64,000 nt of DNA. Source: Octopus bimaculoides (lineage: Eukaryota). The stretch spans positions 1,503,043 to 1,567,042 of the forward strand of contig NC_069003.1 of the NCBI RefSeq assembly GCF_001194135.2, read 5' to 3'. Under the pieces are notes generated by a model, which was not told the origin of the DNA, ran no database searches, and was given only the letters and a program-made list of their open reading frames with translations. A program made the position numbers and the translations under genes. Below, piece by piece: positions 1-13,167 of this stretch; within the stretch, counting starts at the first letter, position 1; every line of letters begins with the position of its first letter.

Positions 1-3000
1 GTTCGTTCGTTTGTACGTGCGTTTGATCTATAGTTCGTTATCTTGTGCATTCGTACTTATATACGTTCGTTCGTTCGTAGGTACATACGTGCGTTCTTAC
101 GTTCGTTCGTTCGATCGTCCGTACGTACGTACTATCGTTCGTTCGTTATTTCGTTCGTACGTTCGTTCGTTCCTTCATACGAACGTGCGTTCGATCGTTT
201 GTTCGTTCTTTTGTGCATTCGTACGTACATACGTTCGTCCGTTATTTCATTGGTACGAACGTACGGTCCTAAGTTTGTTCTTGGGTTCGTTCGTTCGATC
301 GCTCGTTCGTTCGTTCCTCCATTTTGTTCGTTCGTTCTTTCGTTCCTTCATTTCGTTCGTTCCTTCTTTTCGTTCTTTCGTCCGTTCGTACGTACGTACA
401 ATCGTGCGTTCGTACACACGTAGTACGTTCATTCGCTTGTTCGTTCGTACGTACATACGTTCGTTCGTTAGTTCGTTCGATCGTACGTCCGTAGGTACGT
501 ACGTACGTTCCTGCGTTCGTTCTTGCGTTCGTTCGTGCTTACGTTCGTTCGTTCGTTCGTCCGTACGTTCCTAATTCCGTTCTTGCATTCCTTCGTTCGA
601 ATGCTCGTTCGTTCGTATGTACTATCGTTCGTTCGTTCGTTCCTTCATTTCGTACGCACGTTCATTCGCTCGTTCGTTCGTACGTACGTTCGTTCTTTCG
701 TTCATCGTACGTACGTTCGTACTTTCGTTCGTACAAACTTACGTATGTACGTATATACGTTCGTGCGTTCGATCTATAGTTCGTTATTTTGTGCATTCGT
801 ACGTATATACGTTCGTTCGTAGATACATACGTGCGTTCTTACGTTCGTTCGTTCGATTGTCCGTACGTACGTACTATCGTTCTTTCGTTACTTCGTTCGT
901 ACGTTCGTTCGTTCGTTCATACGAACGTGCGTTCGATCGTTTGTTCGTTCTTTTGTGCATTCGTACGTACATACGTTCGTTCGTTAGTTCTTACGTCCGT
1001 AGGTACACACGTACGTTCCTACATTCGTACGTTCGTTCATCGTACGTACGTTCGTTGTTTCGTTCGTTCGTTCATCGTACGTACGTTCGTTTTTTTCGTT
1101 CGTTTATTCGTTAGTACAAACGTACATACGTACGTATATACTTTCATTCGTTCGTTTGTACGTGCGTTCGATCGTTTGTTCGTTCTTTTGTGCCTTCGTT
1201 CCTACATACGTTCGTTCGTTAGTTCGTTCATTCGTAGGTACGTACGTACGTTCCTACGTTCGTTCTTGCGTTCGTTCGTGCGTTCGTTCATGCTTACGTC
1301 CGTGCGTTCGTTCGTTCGTTTGTCCGTACGTTTCTAATTCCGTTCTTGCATTCCTTCGTTCGATCGCTCGTTCGTTCGTACGTTCTAGCGTTCGTTCGTT
1401 CGTTCGTTCCTTCATTTCGTTTGTTCGTTCGTTCGTACTATCGTTCGTTCTTACATACGTACGTACGTACGTTCATTCGCTCGCTCGTTCGTACTAATTC
1501 GTTCGTTCGTTCATCGTACGTACGTTCATTTGTTCGTACAAACATACGTACGTACGTACGTGTATACGTTTGTTGATTTGTACGTGCGTTCGATCTTTTG
1601 TGCATTCGTACGTACATACGTTCGTTCGTTCGTTAGTTCCTTCGTTCGTAGGTACGTACGTGCATTCCTTCGATCATTCTTCTGTTCGTTCGTATGTTCG
1701 TTCTTTCGATTGTACGTTCGTTCGTTCGTACGATCGTAATATCGTGCGTTCGTACGTACGTACTATCGTGCGTTCGTACGTCCTTTCATTTCGTTCGTTC
1801 GTACGTACGTACTATCGTGCGTTCGTACATACTTACGTTCATTCGCTCGTTCGTTCGTACGTACGTTCGTTCTCTCGTTCATCGTATGTACGTTCGTACT
1901 TTCGTTCGTACAAACGTACGTATGTTCGTATATACGTTCGTTCGTTTGTACGTGCGTTCGATCTATAGTTCGTTATTTTGTGCATTCGTACGTATATACG
2001 TTCGTTCGTTAGTTCGTTCGTTCGTAGGTACATACGTGCATTCGTTCGTTCGATCGTCCGTACGTACGTACTATCGTTCGTTCGCTATTTCGTTCGTACG
2101 TTCGTTCGTTCCTTCATACGAACGTGCGTTCGATCGTTTGTTCGTTCTTTTGTGCATTCGTACGTACATACGTTCGTTCGTTAGTTCTTACGTTCGTACG
2201 TCCGTAGGTACACGCGTACGTTCGTTCATCGTACGTACGTTCGTGCTTACGTTCGAACGTTCGTTCGTTCGTTTGTCCGTACGTTCCTAATTCCGTTCTT
2301 GCATTCCTTCGTTCGATCGCTCGTTCGTTCGATCGCTCGTTCGTTCGTACGTACTAGCGTTCGTTCGTTCGTTCCTTCATTTCGTTTGTTCGTTCGTTCG
2401 TACTATCGTTCGTTCGTACATACGTACGTACGTACATTCATTCGCTCGCTCGTTCGTACGTACGTTCGTTCGTACGTAAATTCGTTCGTTCGTTCTTTCG
2501 TTCATCGTACGTACGTTCGTACTTTCGTTCGTTCATTCGTTCGTACAAAGGTCCGTTCGTACGTTAATACGTACGTACGTAAGTTTATTCGTTAGTTCGT
2601 TCGTTCGTCCTTCGGTCCGTTCGTCCTTCGGTCCGTTCTGACGTATGTACGTACGTTCGTCCGTTATTTCATTCGTACGAACGTACGATCCTAAGTTCGT
2701 TCTTGGGTTCGTTCGTTCGATCGCTCGTTCGTTCGTTCGTTCCTTCATTTCGTTCGTTCCTTCTTTTCGTTCGTTCCTACGTCCGTAGGTACGTACGTAC
2801 GTTCCTGCGTTCGTTCGTGCTTACGTTCGCACGTTCGTTCGTTCGTTCGTCCGTACGTTCCTAATTCCGTTCTCGCATTCCTTCGTTCGATTGCTCGTTC
2901 GTTCGTATGTACTATCGTTCGTTCGTTCGTTCCTTCATTTCGTACGAACGTTCATTCGCTCGTTCGTTCGTACGTACGTTCATTCTTTCGCTCATCGTAC

Positions 3001-3595
3001 GTACGTTCGTACAAACGTACGTATGTACGTATATACGTTCGTTCGTTAGTTCGTAGGTACATACGTGCGTTCTTTCGATCGTCCGTACGTACGTACTATC
3101 GTTCGTTCCTTCATTTCGTACGTACGTTCATTCGCTCGTTCGTTCGTACATACGTACGTTCACTCGCTCGTTCGTTCGTACATCGTATGTACGTTCGTAC
3201 TTTCGTTCGTACAAACGTACGTATGTACGTACGTTCGTTCGTTTGTACGTGCGTTCGATCTATAGTTCGTTATTTAGTGCATTCGTACGTTTATACGTTC
3301 GTTCGTTAGTTCGTTCGTTCGTAGGTACATACGTGCGTTCTTACGTTCGTTCGTTCGATCGTCCGTACGTATGTACTATCGTTCTTTCATTATTTCGTTG
3401 GTACGTTCGTTCGTTCCTTCATACGAACGTGTGTTCGATCGTTTGTTCGTTCTTTTGTGCATTCGTACGTACATACGTTCGTTCGTTAATTCTTACGTTC
3501 GTACGTCCGTATGTACACACGTACGTTCCTACGTTCGTTCATCGTACGTACGTTCGTTTATTCGTTCGTTCGTACTATTGTGCGTTCGTACATAC
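1..3595. repeat. CpG-rich tetranucleotide-based satellite, block A (TTCG/TACG on + strand), with recurring modules
   Basis: Almost pure gttc/gtac tetramers. The landmark gatctatagttcgtta...ttgtgcattcgtacg recurs at ~25, 771, 1960 and 3257; ctaattccgttcttgcattcc recurs at ~571, 1335, 2287 and 2861. Confidence 0.95.
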
Positions 3596-6500
3596 GTACG
3601 AATAACGATCGAACGACCGAACGTACGTACGAACGAACGTTCGAACGAACTAAGAAATGAACTTATGTACGTACGTATTAACGTACGAGCGGACGAAATA
3701 TCGTACGTACGTACGTTTGTACGAACGAATGAACGAAAGTACGAACGAACGTACGTATGAACGAACGAACGAACGAACGAACGAACGATAGTACGTACGA
3801 ACAAAAAAACGATCGATAGCATGTTCAAACGAACGATCGTATATATGTACGTACGTACGTATGTAGGAACGAATGAACAAACGAACGAACGAACGTACGT
3901 ACGTACGACCGAACGTACGAACGTACGTACGTACTAACGAACGTACGATCGAACTAACGAAATATTGTACGTACGTAATACGTATATACGATCAAACGAA
4001 CGAGCGATCAAATGAACGAACGCAAGAACGAATTTAGGAAAGTAATTTCGTAGGAATGAAATAATGAACGAACGTACGTACATACGTCCGAACTGACAGA
4101 CGAAATGACAGACGAACGAACGTACGTTCGAATGAAAGTACGTACGAACGAAAGAAAGAACGTACTTACGTAAGCAAAAAGGAAGGCACGAACGAACGCA
4201 ACAACGAAAGTAGGAATGTACGTATGACGAACGAACGAACGAAAGAACGAACGTACGAACGATCGGAAGAACGAACGAACGTACGTATGTACGAACGAAC
4301 GTACGTACGTACGAACGAACGTACGTACGTACGAACGATCGAAAGAACGAACGTACGAACGAGCGCAAGAACGATCGTAGGAACGCACGTACGTACCTAC
4401 GAACGGACGAACTAACTAACCAACGTATGTACGTACGAATGCACCAAAGATCGAACGAACGTACAAACGAACGAACGTACGTAGGTACGTACGTTTGTAC
4501 GAACAAATGAACGAACGAAAGAATGAACGTATGAACGAACGAACGTACGTACGTACGAACGAAGGAACGTACGTACGTTCGTACGAACGTACGTACGTAC
4601 GAACGAACGAGCGAATGCAAGAACGAAATTAGGAACGTACGGACGAACGAACGCACGAACGAACGCAAGAACGAACGTAGGAACGTACGTACGTTTGTAC
4701 GAACGAATGAACGAACGAAAATACGAACGTACGTACGATGAACGAACGATAAAACGAACGTACGTACGATGAACGAACGAACGAACGAACGAACGTACGT
4801 ACGTACGAACAAGCGAATGAACGTACGTACGTATGTACGCACGCACGATAGTACGTACGTAGGAACGGACGGACGAACGAAATGCAGTAAATGAAGAAAC
4901 GAACGAACGAGCGATCGAACGAACGAACACAAGAACGAACTTAGGATCGTACGTTCGTACGAATGAAATCACGTACGAACGTACGTACATACGTCCAAAC
5001 GGACGGAAGGACGAACGAATGAACGTACGAAATAACGAAAGGACGATAGTACAAACTATCGAACGGACGAACGTACGTACGAACGAACGAACGTATGTAC
5101 GAACGAAAGAACGATCGTACGTACATATGCAAGAAACAACTCAGGAACGAACGCACGAACGAACGTAGGAACGTGTGTACGTACCTACGAACGAAAGAAC
5201 TAACGAACGATCGTATGTACGTACGAATGCACGAAAGAACGAACAAACGATCGAACGCACGTTCGTACGAACGAACGAACGAACGAAATAACGAACGAAC
5301 GATAGTACTACGTACGAACGAACGAACGTACGTACGAACGAACGATCGTACGTAAGAACGAACGAACTAACGAATGAACTTACGTAGTACTATGTACGTA
5401 CGAACGGACGAAATATCGTACGTAGGTAATTACGTATGTACGATCGAATGGACGAACGAACGTACGTACGTAAGTGCGTACGAACGAACTATCGATCGAA
5501 TGGACGAACGCAAGAACGAACTTAGGAAAGTACGTTCGTAGGAATGAAATAACGAAGGAACGTACGTATAACGTCCAAACGGAGGGACGGACGAACGAAC
5601 GTAAGAACGTACGTCCGTACGATCGAACGAACGATCGTAAGAACGAACGAACGTACGTACGTACGATCGAATGAACGAACGAACGTACGTACGATCGAAT
5701 GAACGAACGAACGTACGTACGTACGATCGAATGAACGAACGTACGAACTAACGAACGAACGTATGTACGTACGAATTCACAAAAGATCGAACGCACGTAC
5801 AAACGAACGAACGTATATACGTACGTACGTTTGTACGAACAAATGAACGAACGAAAGAATGAACGTACGTACGATGAACGAAGGAACGTACGTACGTTCG
5901 TACGAACGTACGTACGTACGAACGAACGAGCGAATGAACGTACGTATGTATGTATGTACGAAAGCACGATAATACGCACGTACGAACGAAATGAAGGAAC
6001 GAACGAACGAACGATAGTACGTACGAACGAACGAGTGATCGAACGAAAGAATGCAAGAACGAAATTAGGAACGTACGGACGAACGTGCGAAGGTAAGCAC
6101 GAACGAACGCACGAACGAACGCAAGAACGAACGTAGGAAGGTACGTATTTACCTACGAACGAACGAACTATGTACGTACGAACGAACAAGCGAATGAACG
6201 TACGTATGTACGAACGATAGTACGTACGGACGAACGAACGAAAGGAAGGAACGAACGAAATGAGGGAACGAACGAACGAGCGAATGAACGCAAGAATAAA
6301 CTTAGGATCGTACGTTCGTACGAACTGACGGAAGGACGAACGAATGAACGTACGAAATAACGAACGAACGATAGTACGCACGTACGAACGATCGAACGAA
6401 CGTACGAACGAACTAACGAATGAACCTACGTACGTACGTATTAACGTACGAACGGACGAAATATCGTACGTACGTAATTACGTATGTACGATCGAATGAA

Positions 6501-9280
6501 CGAACGAACGTACGTACATACGTCCGAACGAACGAACTTGCGTACGTACGAACGTAATTACGAAGGAAAGAACGTGCGTACGAACGAAAGAACGAACGTA
6601 CGTACGTACGTAAGCACGAACGAACGCACGAATGAACGCAAGAACGAATGTAGGACCGTACGTACGTACCTACGAACGAACGAACTAACGTATGTACGTA
6701 CGAATGCACAAAAGAACGAACAAACGATCGAACGCACGTTCAAACGAACGAACGTATATACATACTTACGTATGTACGAACGAATGAACGAACGTACGTA
6801 CGTACGTACGAACGAACGTACGTGCGAACGTACGAACGTACGAATGAACGTACGCAAGTACGTACGAACGAACAAACGAACGAATGTACAATTGAACGAA
6901 AGAACAACGAACGTACGTACGTACAAACGAAGGAACGAACGTACCTTATTACGAAGGTTCGAACGAACGTACGACCGAACTAACGGATGAACCTACGTAC
7001 GTACGATCGAACGAAAGGACGTGCCTACGTTATTACGTATGTACGACCGAACGAACGAACGAACGATCGAAATAACGAACACAAGGACGATCGTACGATC
7101 GTACGTTCTTACGAACGAAATAACGAACAAACGTTCGTACGAACGAAAGAACGAACGTACTTGCGTACGTACGAATGGAAGAACCCACGAACGAACAAAA
7201 GAACAAACGAACGAACGACCGACCGAAATGAAGGAGCAAGCGAACGAACGTACGTCGTACGAACGAACAAGCGAATGAACGTACGTACGTATATACGAAC
7301 GCACGATAGTACGTACGTACGAACGGACGAACTTAGGATCGTACGTTCGAACGAATGAAATAACGGACGAACGTACGTACATACGTCCGAACGGACGGAA
7401 GGACGAACGAATGAACGTACGAAATAACGAACGAACGATAGTACGCACGTACGAACGATTGAACGAACGAACGTACGTACGAACGAACGAACGTAGGAAC
7501 GTACGTACATAACTACGGACGTACGAACGAAAGAACTAACGAACGATCGTTTGTTCGTACGAATGCACAAAAGAACGAACAAACGATCGTACGAACGAAC
7601 TTACGTACGTACTATGTACGTACGAACGGACGAAATATCGTACGTACGTAATTACGTATGTACGATCGAACGGACGAACGAACGTACGTACGATCGAATG
7701 AACGAACGCAAGAACGAATTTAGGAAAGTACGTTCGTAGGATCGAAATAACGAACGAACGTACGAACGTACGATCCAAGGAACGAACGTACGTAAGTAAG
7801 CACGAAAGAACGCACGAATGAACGCAAGAATGAACGTACAAACGTACCTACGAACGAACGAACTAACGAACGAACGTATGTACGTACGAATGCACAAAAG
7901 AACGAATAAACGATCGAACACACGTAAAACGAACGAACGTACAATGAACGAACGAACGAACGTACGTGCTTACGAACGAACAAGCGGATGAACGTACGTA
8001 CGTATGTACGAACGCACGATAGTACGTACGTACGAACAGACGAACGAACGAAATGAAGGAATGAACGAATGAACGTACGTACGAACGAATGACCTTACGT
8101 ACGTACGTATTAACGTACGAAATATCGTAAGAACGAACGTAAGAACGAACTGAGGAACGTATGTTCGTACGAATGAAATAACGAACGAACGTACGTTCAT
8201 ACGTACGTACGAATGACAAAACGGACGGACGGACGAACGAAAGAACGAACGTAGGAACGTACGTACCTACGAACGTACGTACCTACGAACGTACGAAAGA
8301 ACGAACTAACAAACGAACGTATGTACGTACGAATGCACAAAGGAACGAACAAACGATCGAACGCACGAACGTATATACCTAAGTAGGTACGTACGATCGA
8401 ACGAACGATCGAACAAACGTACGAACGGAAAAAAAGAACGAAGGATCGAACGAATGAACAATTGAACGGAAGAAGAAAAGAACGTACTTACGTACAAACG
8501 AACGAGCAAACGAACGAACGAACGTACGTGATTACGAAGGTACGAACGAACGTACGAACGAACTAACGAATGAACATACGTACATATGTACGATTGAACG
8601 AAAGAACGTACCTACGTTATTACTTATGTACGATCGAACGAACGAAAACAAGAAATAACGTAGGAACTTATGTTCTTACGAACGAAATAACGAACAAACG
8701 TACATACGTACGTACGAACGCCCGAAGGAACGAACGAACGTACGTACGAACGAAAGAACGAACTTACGTACGAATGAAAGAACCCACAAACGAACAAAAG
8801 AACGAACGAACGAATAAACAAACGTACGTCCGTACTTACGAACGAACGTACATACCTACGAATGTACGTACGAACGAACGAACGTAAATACGTACGTACG
8901 AACGAACGAAAGTACGAACGAACTAACGAATGAACTTTAACACGTACGTATGTACGTACTAACGGACGAAATATAGTACGTATGTAATTACATATGTACG
9001 ATCAAATGAACGGACGCAAGAACGAGCGATCGAACGAACGAATGCAAGAACGAACTTAGGTACGTACGTTCGTACTAATGAAATAACGAACGAACATACG
9101 TACGTATGAATGACCGAACGGACGGACGAACGAACGAACGAACGTACGTACGAGCGAAAGAAAGAACGTACGTAAGCACCAACGAACGGACGAACAATCG
9201 TAGGACGAACGTATGTACGTACCAATGAACAAACGATCGCACGTACAAACGAACGAACGTATATACCTACGTCCCTATGT
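3596..9280. repeat. Same satellite in inverted orientation, block B (CGAA/CGTA on + strand)
   Basis: Reverse complements of block A landmarks: gaatgcacaaaagaacgaacaaacgatcgaacgcacg or close variants (~5225, 6705, 7888, 8332), gaatgcaagaacgaaattagg (~4613, 6050), gaacttaggatcgtacg (~4938, 7330). Confidence 0.95.
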
Positions 9281-12239
9281 ACGTACGTTCATTCGCTCGT
9301 TCATTCGTATGTACGTACGTACGTACGATCGTTCGTTTTTACGTACGTACTTACGTACGTTCGTTCTTTCGTTCGTTCTATCTTTCATTCGTTCGTTCGA
9401 ACGGAAGTACATACTTTCGTTCGGTCGCTAGTTCCTTCGTACGAACGTACGTTCGTCCGTTCGTTTGTTATTTCTTTCGTTGGTTCATTCTTTAGTTAGT
9501 TCGTTCATATATACGTACGTACGTACGTACGTACGTATGTACGTTCGTTTGTTCATTCGTACGTACGTACTTATGTGCGTATTTACGTACGTATATCGAT
9601 CGTTCGTTCATACGCACGTATCTTCGTACGTAAGATCGTTCATTTGTACGTACTTACATACGTTCCTCCTTTCGTTCCGACGACCGTTCGTATGTTCGTA
9701 CATACGTTCGTTCGTTCGTTGTTTCGTTCGTACGTACGTACGTTCGTCTGTTCATTCCTACGTGAGAACAAACGTATGTTCGTTTGTTCGTTAGCTCGTT
9801 CGTACGTACGCACGTACGTACGAACGTTTGTTTGTTCGCTCGGTCGATCGTACGTACGTACGTACTTTCGTTGGTTCCTTAATTAGTTTTTTCGTTCGTT
9901 CGTTCCTTCCTTCGTACGTACGTACGTACGTTCATTCGTTTGTACGTAAGTACGTTCTTTCGTTCAATCGTTCAAACATTCGTTCATTCGTACGTACGTA
10001 CGTTTGTTCGTTCGTTTGTACTTAAGTACGTTCGATTCTTCTATCGTTCATTCGTTCGTACGATCATTCGTTTTTTTTCTTTTTGTCGTTCTTTCGTAAT
10101 ACGTACGTATATACGTACGTACATACGTTCGTTCGTACGTACGCACGTACGTACGAAAGAATAAACGTGCGTACGTAAGTACGTTCGTTCGTAAGTACGT
10201 TCGTTTGTTCGTTCATCGTACGTACGTGCGTTCTTTGTTCGTTCATTCGTTCATACATACGTACGTAAGTACGTATATATGTTCGTTCGTTTGTACGTAC
10301 GTACGGGTTTTTGATCGTTTGTTCGTTGTTTTGTGCATTCGTACGTACACACGCTCGTTTGTTCAATCGTTCATACGTACGTTCGTTCGTTCGTTGTTTT
10401 GTTCGTTCGTTGTCTCGTTCGTTCGTTCCATCGGTCGTTATTTCATTCGGAAGAATGTACGTTCCTACGTTCGTTCTTGTGTTCGTTCGTTCGATCGTAC
10501 ATACGTAGTAACGTAGGTACATTCTTTTATTCGTTCGTACGTACGTAAGTTCATTCGTACGTTCGTTCGTAATTACGTACGTTCACTCGTTCGTTCGTAA
10601 CTACGTACGTTCACTCGTTCGTTCGTAACTACGTACGTTCACTCGTTCGTTCGTAACTACGTACGTTCGTTCTTTTGTTCGTTCGTTCGATCGCTCGTTC
10701 ATACGTACATACATACGTTCCTACGTTCGTTCGTTCGATCGCTCGTTTGTTCCTTTTTACATTCTTACGTACATCCGTTCGTTCGTTCTTTCATAGGTAC
10801 GTACGTTCCTACATTCGTTCGTTCGTTCGTGCTTACGTATATACGTTCGTTCTTTCGTACGTTCGTTATTTAATTTCTACGAATATACGTTCCTATGTTC
10901 GTTCTTGCGTTCTTTCGATCGCTCGTTCGTTCGTACATACGTACGTACGTAAGTTCATTCGTTAGTTCGTTCGTACGTTCGTTCGTTCATACGTTCCTTC
11001 ATTTCGTTCGTTCGTTCGTACGTACGTACTATCTATCCTTCGTAATACTTACGTACGTTCATTCGCTCGTTCGTTTGTACGTACAGATGTATGTAGATGC
11101 TTTCGTTCGTTTATTCGTTCGTCCGTCCGTACGTACGCTCTTTCGTTTGTACGTACGTACTTGCGTACGTTCGTTTCCAAGTTCGTTCCTTCTTTCGTTC
11201 GTTCGTTCCTAGCTACGTACATAATTACGTTCGTTCGTTCCTTCATTTGTCCTTTTTTTTTTGTTTGTTCCATCGTTCGTTCATAGGTCCGTTCGTACGT
11301 ACGTGCGTTCGTCGTTCGTTCGTACGTACGTGCGTTCGTCGTTCGTTCGTACGTACGTGCGTTCGTCGTTCGTTCATTCGTACGTGCGTACGTACGTTCT
11401 TTCGTTCGTTCGTACGTACGTTCTTTCGTTCGTACGTACGAAATTACGTTCGCTTTTTCGGTCGGTCGGTCTTTTGTTCGTCCATTCGTTCATACATACG
11501 TACGTACGTATATACGTTCGTTCGTTTGTTCGATCGTACATACGTAATAACGTAGGTATGTTCTTTCGTTCGATCGTACTTACGCACGTACGTATGTACA
11601 TTCGTTCGTTCGTACGTTCGTTCGTACCTTCATAATAACGTACGTACGTTCGTTCGTTCGTAAGTACGTTCGTTTGTTCTTTCGTTCAATCTTTTTATTC
11701 TTTCTTTTGTTCGTTCGTACGTACGTACTTGCGTACGTTCGTTCGTTCGTGCTTTTGTTCGTCCATTCGTTCTTTCATTTTTTCGTTGGTACGTTTGTTC
11801 GATCGTTCGTTAGTTCGTTCATTCGTACGTGCATACGTAAGTACGTACGTACATACGTACGTTCGTTATTTCGTTTGTTCGTGCGTATGTACGTATATAC
11901 GTACGTTCTTTCGGACGTACCTAGACGTACCTACCTACGTTCGTTCGTCCGTTCGTTAATTTCGTCCGTTCGCTTATTCATTCGTACGTACATACGTGTG
12001 TTCGTTCGTTCGTACGTACGTACGTACGTTCGTTCGTTTGTTCGTCAATGCATACGTACATACGTGTGTTGGTTGGTTGGTTCGTTCGTATGTACGTTCG
12101 TCCGTTAGATTGTTCTTTCGTTAGACTGTTCTTTCTTTCTTAATTACGTACGTACGTTCATTCGTTCGTACGTATGTACGTACCTACTTACGTATGTTCA
12201 TTCGTTCGTTGGTTTCTTCAGTCGTTCTGTCGTTCGTTC
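9281..12239. repeat. Same satellite, block C (back to TTCG/TACG orientation), more diverged
   Basis: TTCG-dominated again from ~9,285. Shares motifs such as ttttgtgcattcgtacg (~10,329) and taacgtaggta (~10,510, 11,548); the reverse form tacctacgttatta occurs at ~8,609. Confidence 0.93.
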
Positions 12240-13167
12240 GTACTTATGGCAACAGCGACGGATATACCGCCGCAGTTTCGTATAAACGGGCATCGGCTCG
12301 TATTTACGGCGCGGAATACGTATTAGCGGCTTCGGGCACGTTTTTGCGGAACTAGGCACGCAGTTACAGCGCCGGGTACACATTTACGTTGTAGAGCTTA
12401 TTTTTGTCGCCATTGTGTCGTACTTACGGCTTGAAGCTTGTTATTTCGGCCGCAAGTACGTACTAGTAGCAGTAGCAACGCACATACTGCCGGAGTTTCG
12501 TATAAACGGGCATCGGCTCGTATTTACGGCGCGGAATACGTAGTTGAGGCTTTGGGCACGTTTTTGCAGCGCTTGGTACGCTGTTTCGTCGCTGGGTACA
12601 CAGTTACTGTCATGGAGCTTATTTTTATCGCCATTATTTCGTACTTACGTATTCAGGTTTGCTGTTTCAGCCGCAAGTGCGTACTTATGGCAGCAACGAC
12701 GTACACACTACCGCAGTTTCGTATAAATGGTCAACGGCTGGTATTAACGGCGTGGAATACGTAATTTCAGCTTTGTGCACGTTTTTGCGGTGGCGGGTAC
12801 AAATTTACGTTGTGGAGCTTATTTTTGTCGTCATTGTTTCGTACTCACGTGTTAGGATTTGTTGCTGCAGCCGCAAGTACGTACTTATGGCAGCAGAGAC
12901 GCACATACTGCCGCAGTCTCGTATAAACGGTCATCGGCTGGTATTTAAGGGGCTGAATACGTAATTGGGGCTTTGGACACGTTTTTGCGGCGCTAGGCAC
13001 GGTGTTGCGTCACCGTATACACATTTACGTTGTGGAGCGCAGTTTTGTCACCATTCTTTCGTACTTACGTGCTCAGGTTTGTCGTTTCGGCCGCAAGTAC
13101 GTACTTGTGGCAGCAGCGACGCACATGCTGCCGCAGTTTCGTATAAACGGGCATCGGCTCGTATTTA
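12240..13167. repeat. Higher-order tandem repeat: ~220-bp unit made of 11 diverged 20-bp monomers, about 4.3 copies
   Basis: gtataaa(c/t)gg starts units at 12280, 12500, 12721, 12921 and 13141 (periods 220, 221, 200, 220). Each unit parses into 20-mers such as gtatttacggcgcggaatac, gtattagcggcttcgggcac and gtttttgcggaactaggcac. Confidence 0.93.

Noticed and set aside
4930-9060. ttagg motifs as telomeric repeats
   Set aside because: They are isolated landmarks within satellite modules, never tandem TTAGG or TTAGGG arrays.
1-12239. Dozens of long ORFs (up to 333 aa, rich in RSFV/RTYV/NERT)
   Set aside because: These are stop-poor frames produced by the tetranucleotide repeat. They are open in several frames and on both strands, with no protein-like content.
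12240-13167. CRISPR-like regular repeat
   Set aside because: There are no unique spacers: whole units are homologous end to end. The context is eukaryotic and has no cas genes.
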